NCBI GenBank assembly: GCA_977862235.1
Contig: OZ374557.1
Span: 2,666,001-2,730,000, forward strand
Length of the DNA stretch: 64,000 nt
Reading direction: 5' to 3'
DNA from: Dudresnaya verticillata
Lineage: Eukaryota
Numbering within the stretch: position 1 is the first letter of the stretch; each line of letters begins with the position of its first letter. Under the pieces are notes generated by a model. That model made no database searches and was not told where the DNA came from. It saw only the letters and a program-made list of their open reading frames with translations. The translations under genes and the position numbers were made by a program. Positions 22,603-36,100 of this stretch are shown one piece after another.

Positions 22603-24069
22603 TCACGCTACGATTGCGGCCGATCTGGGCTTCTTGGTTGGTGGTTCCGGGCCACCCGGGTTTCCACTTCGCTTTACCCCTTTAGGGCTATGTCTTCTTT
22701 GGAAGAGTCCCGGGGATCCAGCCATTTCCTCTCCCACACCTGTAGGTTTCTGAATAACTCGAGTGCCCTGCACCAAACCTCCGGCGGCCTTCATAACTAT
22801 CATCTTCAACATGCTGTCGATAATATCTGCGACAATAGCATTAGAACAGTTATCATGGAAATTCCCATACATGGCCACCGCGAGGGCTTGGGATGCATGC
22901 GTCGCAGCTTCAGTTGCCGCCGCTGCCTCCCGCACCTGTCGCGACTGCCGGCGCCCCACGACAAGCGCGCCGCGGGCTTGAGACGCATGCGTCCCAACTG
23001 AAGTTGCCGCCACTGTCTCCGTCCCCTGTCGCGACTGACGGCGCCCCACGACGGGCGCGCCGTCCGCTTGAGACGCATGCGTCCCAACTGAAGTTTCCGC
23101 TACTGTCTCCGCCACCTGTTGAGACTGGGGGCGCCCCACGACGGGCGCTCCGTTGGACTGAGAGGCATGCGTCGCAGCTACAGTTGCCGCCGCTGTCTCC
23201 TCCACCCGTCGAGACTGGCGGCGCCCCACGACGGGCGCGCCGTGGGCTTGAGACACATGCGTCGCAGCTGCAGTTGCCGCCGCTGTCTCCGCCACCTGTA
23301 GAGACTGGGGGCGCCCCACGACGGGCGCTCCGTTGGACTGAGAGGCATTCGTCACAGCTACAGTTGCCGCCGCTGTCTCCCCCACCCGTCGAGACTGGCG
23401 GCGCCCCACGATGGGCGCGCCGTTGGCTTGGGAGGCATGCGTCGCAGCTGCAGTTGCCACCGCTGTCTCCGCCACCTGTAGAGACTGGCTTCGCCCCACG
23501 ACGGGCGCGCCGTTGGCTTGAGACGCATGCGTCTCAATTGCAGTTGCCGCGGCAGTCTCTGTCTCGTGACCTCTATCCCTTGCGTCGCGCCCCACCCCAT
23601 GCTGAGGGTTGCCGTTCAGGTGGGTGTTCTCCTGCCGGTTTTCACGCGAAATGAGCAGATCCGCGGGTGCACGCGTGCGAACTTTGGTTCCCTGCAAATT
23701 GTGGCTGCGGATCACAGTTCTGCCTTCTTCACCGTCGTTGAGAGTCGTAGCCCTCGACGCCCGCGCTCCCGGGAGCGGAACACGCCTTCCGGATTGGCGG
23801 ACTGGGCCGCCTTGGTCTTCCTCTTGTAGACCCACTTGCTCCTCTTCTTCATCACTGCTGAACTTTTCATCTCCTAGCACCTGATTCCTAAGACGACGCG
23901 TGTACACCGCAGCCCAAATCCATCTTCGGTAGCGGCGTGGGTCCATGTTGCAAGTGTGTGCGCCAGCTGTACAGTACACTAGTGAACTAGTGTGCCACAA
24001 CGAGCAGACGCGCGTGTGTGTGGGAGGTTTAGCGGTGGTGGAACCCAGCACGTCTGCTCTGAAGTTCAT
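22603..24069 (-). CDS. Repeat-rich N-terminal part of the Ulp1 gene (same frame, one TGA between them)
   Basis: Stop at 22603-22605 is followed in frame by QSG and the 22593 ORF; contains 30-aa THASQ repeats. Confidence 0.7.
   Translation of the reverse strand: MNFRADVLGSTTAKPPTHTRVCSLWHTSSLVYCTAGAHTCNMDPRRYRRWIWAAVYTRRLRNQVLGDEKFSSDEEEEQVGLQEEDQGGPVRQSGRRVPLPGARASRATTLNDGEEGRTVIRSHNLQGTKVRTRAPADLLISRENRQENTHLNGNPQHGVGRDARDRGHETETAAATAIETHASQANGAPVVGRSQSLQVAETAVATAAATHASQANGAPIVGRRQSRRVGETAAATVAVTNASQSNGAPVVGRPQSLQVAETAAATAAATHVSQAHGAPVVGRRQSRRVEETAAATVAATHASQSNGAPVVGRPQSQQVAETVAETSVGTHASQADGAPVVGRRQSRQGTETVAATSVGTHASQARGALVVGRRQSRQVREAAAATEAATHASQALAVAMYGNFHDNCSNAIVADIIDSMLKMIVMKAAGGLVQGTRVIQKPTGVGEEMAGSPGLFQRRHSPKGVKRSGNPGGPEPPTKKPRSAAIVA
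22886..23555. repeat. 90 bp coding tandem repeat, about 7.5 copies, with 180 bp higher-order alternation
   Basis: Units contain GAGACGCATGCGTC-like cores and GCGCCCCACGACGGGCGC at 90 bp spacing. Confidence 0.95.
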
Positions 24070-24649
24070 GAACTTCCAGTGTGCCAGGAACTGCGTCGAC
24101 GTTGGGGCTTTTGAATGATTTCCAAACTACTGTTGCATGCGAGTTGCGTACCCCGTGCGCGTGCGCGGGCGAGATCTAGAGCGTGCTGAGGCCCTGTATG
24201 CTGCGACGCGTGCGCCGTACAGAATTCGTATTCGTATTTATCGTAGCTGTAAATTCATGGAACAGATTGGCCGCACCCTAATAAAACTGTAATGATACTT
24301 CATGCGCGACAGTGGGTTGGGACAATCTCTTGCATAATTTCAGACCGTTGAAACGGCCGTTTGATTAAGACGCATATACCAGAGTGTCTGCAATGGTCCA
24401 AGAAACTGGCTGACGTTACTTGGCCCATGGTCCTCGATGTGATACGAAGTTCCGAACCCCACTGCTCCCAAACACCCGTAGGGTATACAAAGCCCCCCAA
24501 ATAGATCGCCACGCGCGGCTCGACTCTACATTTTCAGTCAAGCGCGTTGTCATCATCTACGTTCAGGAACTTCACTCGTTGTCTTTCACTCTCTGCTCTC
24601 TTCTCATCAACGGCTGCTCCTTCTGTCGCCCTCGAAGAAGAAAAACAAG

Positions 24650-26004
24650 GGAGCTCCGGCTCCAAACTTCAAGACTTTGCGTGCAATCGGCTACGATCAC
24701 CCTCTGAGTGATTTCCCTATCTACGCATATGGGGGTTGGAAATCCATGAGGGACGGCGGCGGCCCTGTGCATCCCGGACGTGAGCTGCAACTGGGACGGG
24801 GTGTGGGGAACGCTGGAGGAGTGGGACAACATGTGCACGTACAACAAGGCCAAGTGGACAATGCACAGTACTCCGCTGAGCCATGGTCCGGAAGCAGAGT
24901 GGTTCACCGCCCTACACTACCCCGGCAGGAAGCTTCCCTGTCCCACGTCATGTTCAGAAGTGCCGAGATGGTAACGGCGATCACCAAGAAGAAAATGTGC
25001 TGCTCTACGCCGTCTCTGCTAACCCCAGCTCAGTGTGAGTTCTATTCTAAGTTCTATACTGGAACCCGGATTAACGACGAGAGGGAAATGGACTACTACG
25101 TTTTCTGGTACGTAGGAGGCAGCGTTGACGCGTGCCCCGTTCCAACTGCGCGCAACATGGATTTATCGAACATGACAGCTGGCTGGGGTGCAATTCGTAC
25201 GCTAACGAGCGAGGCAGACAGTGATGAAGATGGGGAGATGTTCGAGCAAAGAACGGAAGTTATGTCTCTTGCGTCTGCTTTTGAAGAGAGCGAGAGGAAG
25301 TTCAAGATGCATACTGGTGACATCATGATATTACCGAGAAGCGCTTTTTCTGTGGACATGCCTCGCAGATCCGCGTGAAAGGCTCCCGTATGCTGCTTTG
25401 GACGGTCCTGCCTGCTCATAAGAACAAGAAGAAAGACTTCTCGCTGTCTTCGTCTCCAGTTATCGAGGATTTCGAAACCGTTCCGAGTCTAGAGGACTTG
25501 GTTAGCGAGTACGTCGAAGCGAAGGCCTTGCTGAAGAAGGAAAACCGTCTCGCTCGTGAAGCTCGTCGTAAACAAGAGGAGAAGGTTTCTGAAATCAGAT
25601 CTGTGCAGTATATGGAAAGGTTGAGGGCTCTTCCGGATGTCTACAAAGTTTCAGTCCAGCTACGCGCTGCGAACGCGAATCCGTTCGTCTGCAGGGATGA
25701 CTCCAACGAATTCTGGGAAGAAGATATTTCCTTCCTGGACGTACCTCAAAGGGACAGCCGTAGTATATCTGATCAGAAGTCTTCCCAGGGAAATGCTGAG
25801 AAGCGTGAGACGAATGCGTCCCAGCGAGGCAAAAAGGCGCCGAGAACGATTCCAGTTGCCGCCGAAGATCGGAGGAAGTCAGCAGATGTTCGCAACTCGT
25901 CGGATTCCGATTCCGAAGATTCTGCGGCTGACCATAGCAGTGGAGTTGACGCGCAGATACGTATACGCGTTGCGATGTCTTGTATGATATTTTGCCTCGT
26001 ATGA
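24650..26004 (+). pseudogene. Unknown gene B (homologue of B' 59800-61409), frameshifted
   Basis: KTLRAIG~KSLRCLG; SHGPEAEWFTA~GHGSRAMFFTA; YYVFWYVG~YRVFFFLG; KMHTGDIMIL~RMHAGDILII; GSRMLLW~GSCMLTW. Confidence 0.8.
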
Positions 26005-26079
26005 TCTTTTGAAGTAAACAAGTACTTTACGTCCTTCCCATAAGCTTGTCAATGGGACATCTTTCGATTGAAAAATGCC

Positions 26080-26520
26080 TTCGAGCTTAACACGCAGGCG
26101 TCCCACGAAACATTTCAAGTAAGCAAACATAGTGTGGCCGGTGAGTCTTCCAGTTCAAGGGCGTTGGAGCTTGAGACATGCTCCAAGCGAAAATTTGTTG
26201 TACACAGCAAGGTAGTAATTTACAATTTCAAGCTTGGGATATTGGCCGAAGACCACTCCATTGAACATGTTTTGCAGCTTGAGACGCATGCGTCCCAGCT
26301 TAAATTTTTAGCTTGAGATGTATCGTAGATGATTCTTCCGACTGAAAGTGTTCGGAGCTTGAGACGCATGCGCCCAGTGAACATTTGATTTAACCAGCAA
26401 GCTAGCAATTTACATTTTTAAGCTTGCAAGCTACCCATAGGAATTCGCTAAGTCGACTTGAAGATCTTTACATTCAAACGGTTTGGAGCTTGAGACGCAT
26501 GCGTCCCAGTGATCATTTGA
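26080..26520. repeat. Dispersed intergenic repeats GCTTGAGACGCATGCGTCCCAG between convergent genes B and A
   Basis: Perfect palindrome cores at 26283 and 26494; variants near 26090, 26170, 26363. Confidence 0.85.
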
Positions 26521-26541
26521 AGTAAGCCGCAAAAAAGTAGG

Positions 26542-29071
26542 CTACATGCTCTCCTTCAGCTTTTCTATTTTCTTCTCCAGATCCCCTAGACCAGCACGGC
26601 CGAGAGCACGCAAAGATGCCTCAGACGGAATGCGCACACGACGGCTTCGTCTCGCGGGACCATGTTCCTGCTGTGCAGTACTGGTGCTGCCCTGTTCTCG
26701 AGCGCGGTATTGCGCAACCTCATCGCGAAGCTGAACGAGCTCGGAACTCTCTCTAGCTTGCTCACGTCGTCGCGCCACCTCCTGTAGAACCCGCGTTTCG
26801 AATGTGGCGTCTCGCTCAGCCTGGGCTTCCTTCTCTCGGGCGAGTCGAGCGTGCATCGCAGCTTGAACTCTGGCCTCGAACTCGGCCTCCTTTTCAGAAA
26901 GGCGAGCCTGAACCTGTTCTTCAATCTGAGACTGAACTACATCGCTCAGGGGCAATGCAGGATGCTCTACCAACGCCGTGGCATTAAACTTTGATACCTT
27001 CAAGCGCAGTTCCTCGACCTCCGCCTTCAGGGCTTGAAGTTTCTTGTCAGCTTCATTGCCTTCAAACAAATCCTGATCATCCCGGGGTCCTGGAGTACTT
27101 TCCAGAGCTTCTTCCAAGAAGGCTGCGTCGGAAGCGTCCCTTGCAGCCAAGACTGTCTCCGCTGTTACATCTGAGACGCATGCGTCCTTTTCAGCGGTAA
27201 CTGTCTCGCGGGCCACGTCTGTGGCGTATGCGTCCCTTCCCGCACCAACTGTGTCCTGGGCTTCACCTGGGACGCATGCGTCCATTGCAGCGGCAACAGT
27301 CTCATCAACCTCATCTGGGACGCTTGCGTCCCTCACCGGCGCAACATCTGCCGCATCTGGGATGCGTGCGTCTCTCGCAGGCACAACTGCCGCATCCGCC
27401 ACATCCCTCGCCTCCGCAGTCTCATACTCAGGACTTCGATGGTCTGCTTCGATCTCGTGTTCCTCTTCTTCGGCGATAGTTCGCCTGATCCTACCAGTAT
27501 TCTTCCTCTTGCTCTGGATCGGGCCACCCTTCTCCACGTAGTCAACTTCAGCCCTCTTCCTCTTCCCCGTAGCGATGACTGGGGAAGGCCGCGCGGTACT
27601 TTGTCGCTGTGCCTTCTTGGCGTCGGTGAGAGGGCGAGTAAATATGGCCTCCTCTATTGCACCAGTCTCTTCCAACTCCTGAATAGCGGCTTCAATCATT
27701 TCACGGAGCTCAGGCATTGTGAGGCTTCCACAGTTGAAAATGTGGCTGATGACTAGAGGAGGCATCACGCGCATACTCTCGAAGTACTTGAGGACGTCTA
27801 GACCGGACTTACGAGCTCCGCGTTCTTTCGGTGAGCTCGGTGTGACAGTCTCGATGAGATGCATCGAGCCTCGGAGATAGCGGTTGGCGTTGCGACGATC
27901 GTTCTTTCGCGCGCAGTTCAGCAAGAAGTGCGTACGATCATCTGCTTGTGCAGGCGTGTCCGCAGACATGCGCTTCGTCAACAGATGCACTCCACCGTAG
28001 CACATTCCGCGCTTCCCAAGCTTCTTGGAGCTGATAACGGCATCGTTACGCACGTACTTGTTTTGCAGATATGATGCGAGCCCAAAGCACCGGTAAACCC
28101 GCTTCCCGAGCTGCTGAGGTAAGGTGATTCCCGACCAAGACGTAGCGCGGTAGGTTACTAGGGAACCCGTCAAACTGAAAGATGGTTTTGCTAAGGAGAA
28201 TTTGCTCGTACGGGCGGAATCCATTATGCACCATGTCAGCCGTATAAGAAAGAAACTCAGTGACATGAATTCCACGACCTAGAGCATCGAAATCTGGCAT
28301 GTGGTGCACCAGCTTCGTTGGGCATATCATTGCCTTCGATCCACGCGCAATAGAAACTGCAACATATGCGAGCTCGGACGCGGGATTCGCCTCAAGACGT
28401 TCTGGGAGCTTTTCCGAACGGTCCTTCGATGTAGCTTGGGGCTTATCGGGAACGGGAACGATCATATCTTCTTCGCTGTCATCAGTATTCACTTCGATGA
28501 CAGCGGCGGTTGCGGGCACAGCTTCTTGAGACGCACGCGTCCCACTCGAAGAAGTAGCGTGGGTGTCTTCATGGCGTGCAGACTGTCGGCGGCGTTCTGG
28601 ATGGACGTTGTCAACTGGCACGATTGCATCCTCGTCGTTGACAGCCGCCGCCGATGTCTGAACACCTTCTTCAGACGCATGCGTCCCACCAGTAGAAGTG
28701 CGCTGGGTGTTTTGGCGGCCTCGAGACGGGCGACGGCGTTGCGGATGAACGTCGACATCACGTCGCCCTGCCATGTTACGGGTTGCCTGCGGGATAGAAA
28801 CTTCCACTTCTTCTAGGTCTTCTGTCTCCTCGAGCCCCCGATGGACAATCTTCTCGGAGCCTTGAGTAGTTCTTCTCTTGTTCTTGTTGCTCTGGAGCGG
28901 CGGATTCGTGCGAGCCGGACGCGGCGTCGGCAGTTGCGTAGTAGTGGGTGTCGTAGGGTCGACAAGCGCTTGACCCTTGTCAGACGCGAGTGGTGCAGGA
29001 GTAGGGGTTTGTCGGTGATACTGAGAACCCATAGCACGTTTCGGTGCTTTTGAGTGCTGACGGCGTGGCAT
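26542..29071 (-). pseudogene. Unknown gene A (homologue of A' 56456-58884): disordered N-terminus, conserved core, coiled-coil C-terminus; one frameshift
   Basis: ORFs 28046-29119 and 26542-28275; aligns with A' (PTKLVHHMPDFDA~PARLIEHLPGFEA; HFLLN~HFMLN; MPPLVISHI~MPPFSMSHI). Confidence 0.82.
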
Positions 29072-29143
29072 GTGGTAATTGCCTGTGGCGGCAAGGAGCA
29101 GAGCGTGTGCACTGTACACTGGAAAGAAGGCGGTGTCCTTTTG

Positions 29144-29741
29144 TGTGGCACAACGGCGATTTGCGCCAAGTGGGCGTTCGACGCTGTAATTCGTAACGGG
29201 CCAATGCCCTGTAAGAAGCTGTCATTGCTGGGCTGCGTCATGATGCGACACGTGATTGGCGCCTGGCGCGAAATCATCTGCGCCTCAGACGCGCAATTGG
29301 CGCCTGATCATTGGTGCGGCGCTGGGATATTTCCCGATTATACGCCACCACAGGGGCGTAGATCCTCCTCCCATTTCTCAATGTAATTCGTGTACAGTAC
29401 ACTGTAGTAGATAGTATTAGCACGGGCACAAGCCCTATTTATTGGTCCCCTGAATAGCAGGGCATCCCTGATTGAACCCTACGGGGCGCTTCTCGGTCTT
29501 GACCATTTTCTGGATTCCGGGCGCTTCCCGTCCGCTTTCTGGACGCCAACTACAGGCTCGTCACCGTACGGCAGGTTCCCTGCCGAATACCGGGTCGCGT
29601 CCCCTTTTCCGTTTCCCTTTTCCTGGCCTAGTGCCATTCTACCAAGCCTCTATTACACCCGAGCTACCCGTGAGCACGACGGTTCCGGACAGGTGTACTT
29701 TGTTCTTTTTGCTCTTCCTGGGCTGGACCCGTTGTGCCACA
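29144..29741 (+). repeat. 5' LTR of E3
   Basis: 13 bp terminal inverted repeat TGTGGCACAACGG/CCGTTGTGCCACA; direct copy at 54579. Confidence 0.95.
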
Positions 29742-29742
29742 T

Positions 29743-29759
29743 TGGTCTCCAGACCTAGA
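29743..29759 (+). promoter_or_regulatory. PBS of E3 (TGGTCTCCAGACCTAGA)
   Basis: Directly after the 5' LTR; matches the E1/E2 PBS. Confidence 0.9.
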
Positions 29760-30514
29760 AGTGTTCTCGGTTGGTTTCCCCTTTCTTCCTCAACCCTGGT
29801 TGGTTAACGCAACGAGTACAAGACTCAAGACGTTGTGTCATGTCAAGGACGAGTTTCCCGGCCAACCGGTGTTGAAACCCTAGTCAGGAGTGTTGACGGT
29901 TTCTACGCTCCACCTCAAGCCGCTGAGTAGCGTCAAATCAATGGCGAGCACGTTTATTCTTGGAATTACAACCGGCCCTAGAGGCCATTTAAAAGTTGCC
30001 GTTGAGGGCGTGACTGACGCCCCCCTCAAGACTGCTTCGACAGGTTATCGGTGCATCCTGGTAAAACACCGTCCTTTTGTACAGGTCGTGCCAGCGCACA
30101 AGTTGGAGAGTCCTCTTGGAGAAATCGCTGGTAGCCCTGAAGTCTACGAAGGCTTACGTACGAGCACCGTGCTCAAGCTGGAAAGGATTCCCCTTCGACG
30201 CATCGTCTCGTGCTAGAAACACTTACGGAACGCCGGTTGGCGCATCGGGAAAAAGTTCCATCGACCCACCGGTCCTTCCGGAATTATTACCTATTTTGGG
30301 ACGGGTTATTAGTCCCCTACTATCGGAAGGATGCCGACATCGAATGGCGATACAGCCAGGCCGAACCTCATCGGCCGTGGTGGCAGTCGTGCCAGAAGTC
30401 TTTCCTCAGTCCGTATTTCGGGCGTTACCACAAGTTCGGAGACTGCCGCGCTAAGGCGCAGCCCTTCGGACGGACAATTGGGGCGACGCCATATCGACGG
30501 CGACGCCCCCGATG

Positions 30515-30567
30515 AAGACGTTCCCGAACCAAGACGTTCCCGAACCAAGACGTTCCCGAACCAAGAC
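30515..30567. repeat. 16 bp tandem repeat x3 (AAGACGTTCCCGAACC)
   Basis: Direct reading. Confidence 0.9.
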
Positions 30568-30896
30568 CAAACCGCGAACGACCGCCATTGGTTGGACGTT
30601 CTAGGCCCGACCTTGTTCTCGGGACTACGCCCGGTTTAATGCTGAACCCTGGAAGGGATTCGGCCACGTTAGAAGGAAAATTGACCCGGTCAGAACCGCA
30701 AACATCCACACAAGTGTATGGGAATGAGGACCAGGGTCCAGAAGTAATGCTGGAATCAGGGCGACTCCCCAGTGGACGATAGACCGATTACGCGGCACCG
30801 ACAGAGGTCGACTCGGCGCCTGGATATGGGCAGCCGACCCGAACGAATACCAATTCGGAGGATGTCCGATGCTTTACGGAATCGGAGATCCACTGA

Positions 30897-33125
30897 ATGG
30901 TCGCTGATGGTGTTGGTCACCTCGTAGCGACCCAGATCAGGCCGTTTTCCGCAGCACAGGCTGATAAAACGCTCACGCGTGTAAAACGCTACATTGATGA
31001 GTCAGCCGGTCGCCGAGATGAGCGGATACTGACCTTGTGTCAAGAGGAAATGACCGGCCGCATCCGCCACTCCGATACAGGACAGAGAGTGGCGGATGAT
31101 ATGGAATCACTCGATTCGAGGATAGAATCGCTCGTGGAGCGGGTGGAAATGATCCACGGAGATTTTGAGTCCCTCACTCGAGTAGTGGCGCTCTCACGGG
31201 AAGAAGCTTCTGGCGCAATTCGGACCCTTCGTCGCAATGGGATTGACGCCACGTGCGTAGAACAGGACCGAGCAATTGCGCTCTTAAGGAAGGAGCTAGC
31301 CGACGAACGGCGTCGGATCAACATAATCGAGATTCGTCTCCAGTTATGCCTTCTTGAGAAGAACTTATCTCCTGAAGTGGAGCGACGCCGGAGCCCGGTG
31401 CCAAAAGGGACTCGAGACAGGCGACGTCATTCGCCTAGGCGAGACTCCGATGTGGAATCGGTACACGACCATTCGGATGTTGACAATCCGCGCGCTGCGC
31501 ATTCAGGTTTCAGAACCTGCCGTACGGGCCAAAGGACTGAATCCCGTCGAAGCCGGGATGAACCGCGTCGGTCGGCCAGGCGGCGTCAGCCGCAGTTCTC
31601 CGAAAAGGATAGTTCTCCACAGAGGCGTTCATCGCGCCCCTCTTGGCGAGGACCTAGACGCTCGGACGTGAAGGAGCTTGCTCCGCAGAATCCGGCTTTC
31701 ATTCAGGTTCTTTCTTATCCACGCTATCGTCTGTTGAACCTGGACCAATACAGGGGTCCAGAAGTCACTGAGGACACGTCGAAAAGATTAAGAGGATCAA
31801 GTCCGTAATGAAGAGTCGCAAGTTCGACGGAAGCGATCAAGTTGCGATCATTGGCTTCTTAGCCGCTTTGAAGCGCCAGCGGGACCAAGCCAGGATAAGT
31901 GAAGGAGCAGCAATTCTTGTGCTTCCCGAGTTCCTGGATAAGGATGCGCGAGACATGTTCGAAGCCAACTTCGACGTGGCCGGGGATGATAATGGAGGAT
32001 TCTCCGAGTGGCCCGAGGCCGTCAATTACCTCCGACGCACATATGCGAAGGATGTGTATACCGAGAGGATGCCTTCTGAAATGGACCGTATGGCACAAGC
32101 CGAGGACGAGGACGAAGTGACCTTCTCACGACGCCTCCAGAATAAGACTCGAAAGGTCGCGGGTGTGTATACAGAACAAGATCTGATTACCACGTTCATA
32201 CGTGGACTCTTGCCGGCCACAAAGCCGTTACTGAGCAATTCGGGTTTGGACCCACGAACGGCTGGGCTTGCCGACTATGTGGAACTGGCTACTGCCCAAG
32301 GTGACTCACACCGGGCCCTCATGGGCGCTGGTCGTCGAGAGCGTGTCTCTGGTACCTCGATGTTGCGACAAAAGTCCTCCACTAAATCCAAGAAGGCCGG
32401 CCGGGTGCTACTGGTCAGGTAGGGACGCCCCAACACTGAGGTCACGTCAAGTGACAGTGGTGGCTCTACAAGGACTAGCTCCGATTCTGAGGACGCCGTG
32501 GTGGCGGCCATTGACAGCCAAGCGCTGGACTCGTCCGTAACAACCTCGGACGTCTGGCCCACAGCCCCGTCTGACGCTACGGACAGCTATTATGACTCCG
32601 TCAATGCGGTATTATCCAACCAGAATGGCTTCCCTCGTGGGCCCAACCATCTCGCACACAGCGTCCCGGCTGGATAGTGATGGAAGATAGGCCGAATGAC
32701 ATCTGCTTCGAATGTCTGGGTATCGGGCATAAAAAGCCCAATTGCCCATATCTGGCTCGAACAGACGAGCGTGGCTTCTCACAGATACTACGTAACCACT
32801 ACGCCCAACTCTCCAGGGAGCAACGGGAATGGCTGTCCATCGTGGCCCGTTCGCCATCATTCGCGAATCAGATGCGTCCCTCGGACCCAGGTCCTCAAAA
32901 CTCACGTCGACATTTCAACGAGGGCACGGCCAGCGCTCACCCGGAGAACGGGGGGCACCCCGAACGGCAGGTCCCCAGGTGCAGTTCGCCGAAGCGCTCA
33001 ACCATCCTGTGGATAGGCCGCGGAGTAATCCCCGCTCTCCTCGCCCGAGTGGCAGACCGTTCCCACCTCCTCCGCCTTTACCGGCATCCCCATCAGCAAG
33101 AAAGGGCCGTGTGCCTAAAAACTAG
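30897..33125 (+). pseudogene. gag: E3 gag, disrupted
   Basis: ORFs 30897-31808, 31808-32422 and 32677 onward; KFDGSD..ISEGAA capsid-like region as in E1/E2; CFECLGIGHKKPNC knuckle. Confidence 0.88.
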
Positions 33126-33136
33126 ACAGGGGGACC

Positions 33137-36100
33137 GTGGACCCCGTCGAACCGCAGCTCTTGCTACGAGACCCGGGATCCCCCGACCGACCGAGCGTGG
33201 ACGACCACCCGTCCCCGTTCTTCCCGGATCGGCCGGAATCGGAAGCAGAAGCAAACCTCCTCCCGAGGGAGATCTTACCTTGCCCTCTAGGGCTACCTCG
33301 AGGACGAACCTTTGATGAGTATTGTAAGGATCCCATATGCGCGCTGTCGCGGTATAACTATAAAGTGGCAGCGTCCATTGGGACCTCTCTTGACGAACTC
33401 TCTCGCGTCCTTTCGGTCCTGGATACAGGGGCAGGCCCCAACCTCATACGAGCTGGTGCTCTTTCCTCGGAGGATCAAAAGAAGATCGCTTCTGGCCGGT
33501 CCATCGTGAATCTAACTTCCGCCTCACGGCTCAAACTAACTACCTTAGGGACTATCTCCCTGTATGTTCGAATCGGAATCTACACGGTCCGACAACCTTG
33601 CATCGTCGTCCAAGCACTCGCAGTGGATGTGATCCTCGGTTGTACCTTCATCGACCACCATATCGATAACTTACGAATCAAGCGCCAACGCGACGTCTTG
33701 CGTGATGGGTCCATACACCCGATATTACACCGACGATGCGGAATTCCACGCGCTTCGTGCCCCGAGGAACCACAAGATGTCCCCACAGCTCCTCCCGAAC
33801 CGCGACACCTCCGCGTGGCACATTCGGTTGTTATACCCGCGGCGTCAGAAGCATGGGTCACGGTCACGTGCCCGGGGCGAGGTGTGCACTTCATGGATTC
33901 ATTCCAGCGGCTATACGACCGCCAGGGTCTCGTCGCCACACATGGCATCATCGACGTGCACCCTAGCCGGCCGTTCCGGGTCAAGGTCGCCAATTTCTCT
34001 CGAGAACCGAAGCGCCTGGCCAAACGCCAGAAGATTGGACACGCCATTCCGGCTCCGTCCACAACACTAGTTTACGCTCTGTCCTTCGAGGATACCTCAC
34101 CCGCTCCTCACGAACCCGACGAGCCGTCGCTCGATGTGGGGGGGCAGGGCTTTCTGCTTCCTTTTCTCCGGATACGGATCCAAAACCAGGCATTAAGGCC
34201 TCGGTCGCCAACATGACGGTCGAAGACCTAAATCTTTCCCACCTGGAACCAGAGGATCAGCGTCGAGTACGCAAGATTCACTGGCCATTCTCGGAAATAT
34301 GGAGTGGTAAACTCGGGACTATCAATGTCACGGAGCACCGTATCGAGCTCAAGCCGGGGACGGAACCCGTCTTCTTACAACCCTACAGGACAAGTCCCAA
34401 AGCTCGACAGGCGGAACAAGCGGAAGTCACCAAGATGCTGGAAACAGGGGTCATAAAACCCGCGTGCTCGGAATTCGCGAGCCCAGTCGTGCTGGTCAAT
34501 AAGTCTGATGGCTCCTTACGCTTTTGCGTCGACTGTCGAAAGCTTAATGCAGTAACGATCAAGGATTCTTATCCTTCGCCTCGTATGGATGAGTGTCTGG
34601 ATTCCCTGGGAGATGCCCAATTCTTCACTACGCTTGATTGTAATTCTGGATACTGGCAGATACCGGTCGCCGAGGAAGACCAGCCGAAGACGGCGTTCAC
34701 TTGTCACGCTGGATGCTTCCAATTTTGCCGCATGCCCTTTGGGCTATGTAATGCACCAGCCACGTTCCAGCGAACGGTTCACATTCTCCTGTCTGGATTC
34801 AGATGGAAGTCGTGCTTGGTATATCTAGATGACATCATCATCTTCTCCAAAAGCGTCAAAGAGCACCTTGCTCACGTAAAGGAAAACTTGGAGGTGCTCC
34901 AGAACGCAGGAGTATCGCTGAAGTTGAAGAAATGTAACTTCTTCGCGAAAAGCGTCGATTATCTGGGACACGTGGTCCGCCCTGGTCTCCTGGAGGTCGC
35001 CTCGAAGAACACACAAGCCATCGACGGGTTTAGGGAACCAAGTACGCAAACGCAGCTACGATATATCCTAGGCTTGTGTAACATCTATAGACGGTTCGTG
35101 CCCAACTTTGCGTGAGTCGCTGCCCCGCTTAATGCATTACTGCAGACGACAGTGGATTTCAATCTCCCGACGTTCAACGAGGAACAAAGAGATTCCTTCT
35201 CGCTTCTGAAGAAACCACTCGTGGCTCCGCCCATACTTCAACTGCCGCAAGTGGGACGCCAATTATCAGTCGACACCAACGCGTGCGACTATCAAGTGGG
35301 CTGTGCCCTGATGCAGACCGATGAGAATGGTGACCGACACCCTATTGGTTTCTGGAGCTGTTCGCTAACGAAAGCTGAGAAGAACTACTCAGTCGGAGAG
35401 AAAGAATGTCTTGCCGTCGTATGGGCAGTACAGATATTGCGACCCTACTTGGAACGGTCTCACTTCGATCTTTTCACGGATCATCAAGCGCTACGCTGGA
35501 TCATGAGTATGTCTGACGCGTCAGGACGCTTGGCGAGATGGAGGCTTCGCCTTTTAGAATATGACTTTACGGTCCAATACCGGACGGGGCGTAAGAAACA
35601 GATTGCCGAGGCAGTGTCACGCCTCCCGACGTGGGGACATACCCACAAGGAGCCTGATCTCGAGATACCTTGCTTCATACTAGAAGAGGAAGACGGTCCA
35701 GACCGAATGACTTAATGACTTCAGCGGAGACAATGGCGTCCACGGACATACCCACCCAAGTAGAGCCCCTAGAGGCGTGGGAAATCGAACCCCTCGAGTA
35801 TTACAGTCACATGGACGAGATAATCATCGCCACCGCGGCGGAGAAGCGAGCCGACGAGGGCAGCGTCTCACAAGTGACTGTAGAGGAGCTGCTCCGAGAG
35901 AAAAAACGAGACTCGTTCTGCCAAGACGTGCAGAAGCGCCTTGATATGGGAAGCCCCGGATGTTACCTGGAGGACGAACGAGGGCTCCTCGTCCGTAAGG
36001 CCTATGTGGATGGGGCCATCCAGGTTCTCATACCCGCGATCCTTCGCGAAAGGGTGTTACACTTGGCCCATTACCCGGCCCTAGCTGGCCACCCTGGGTG

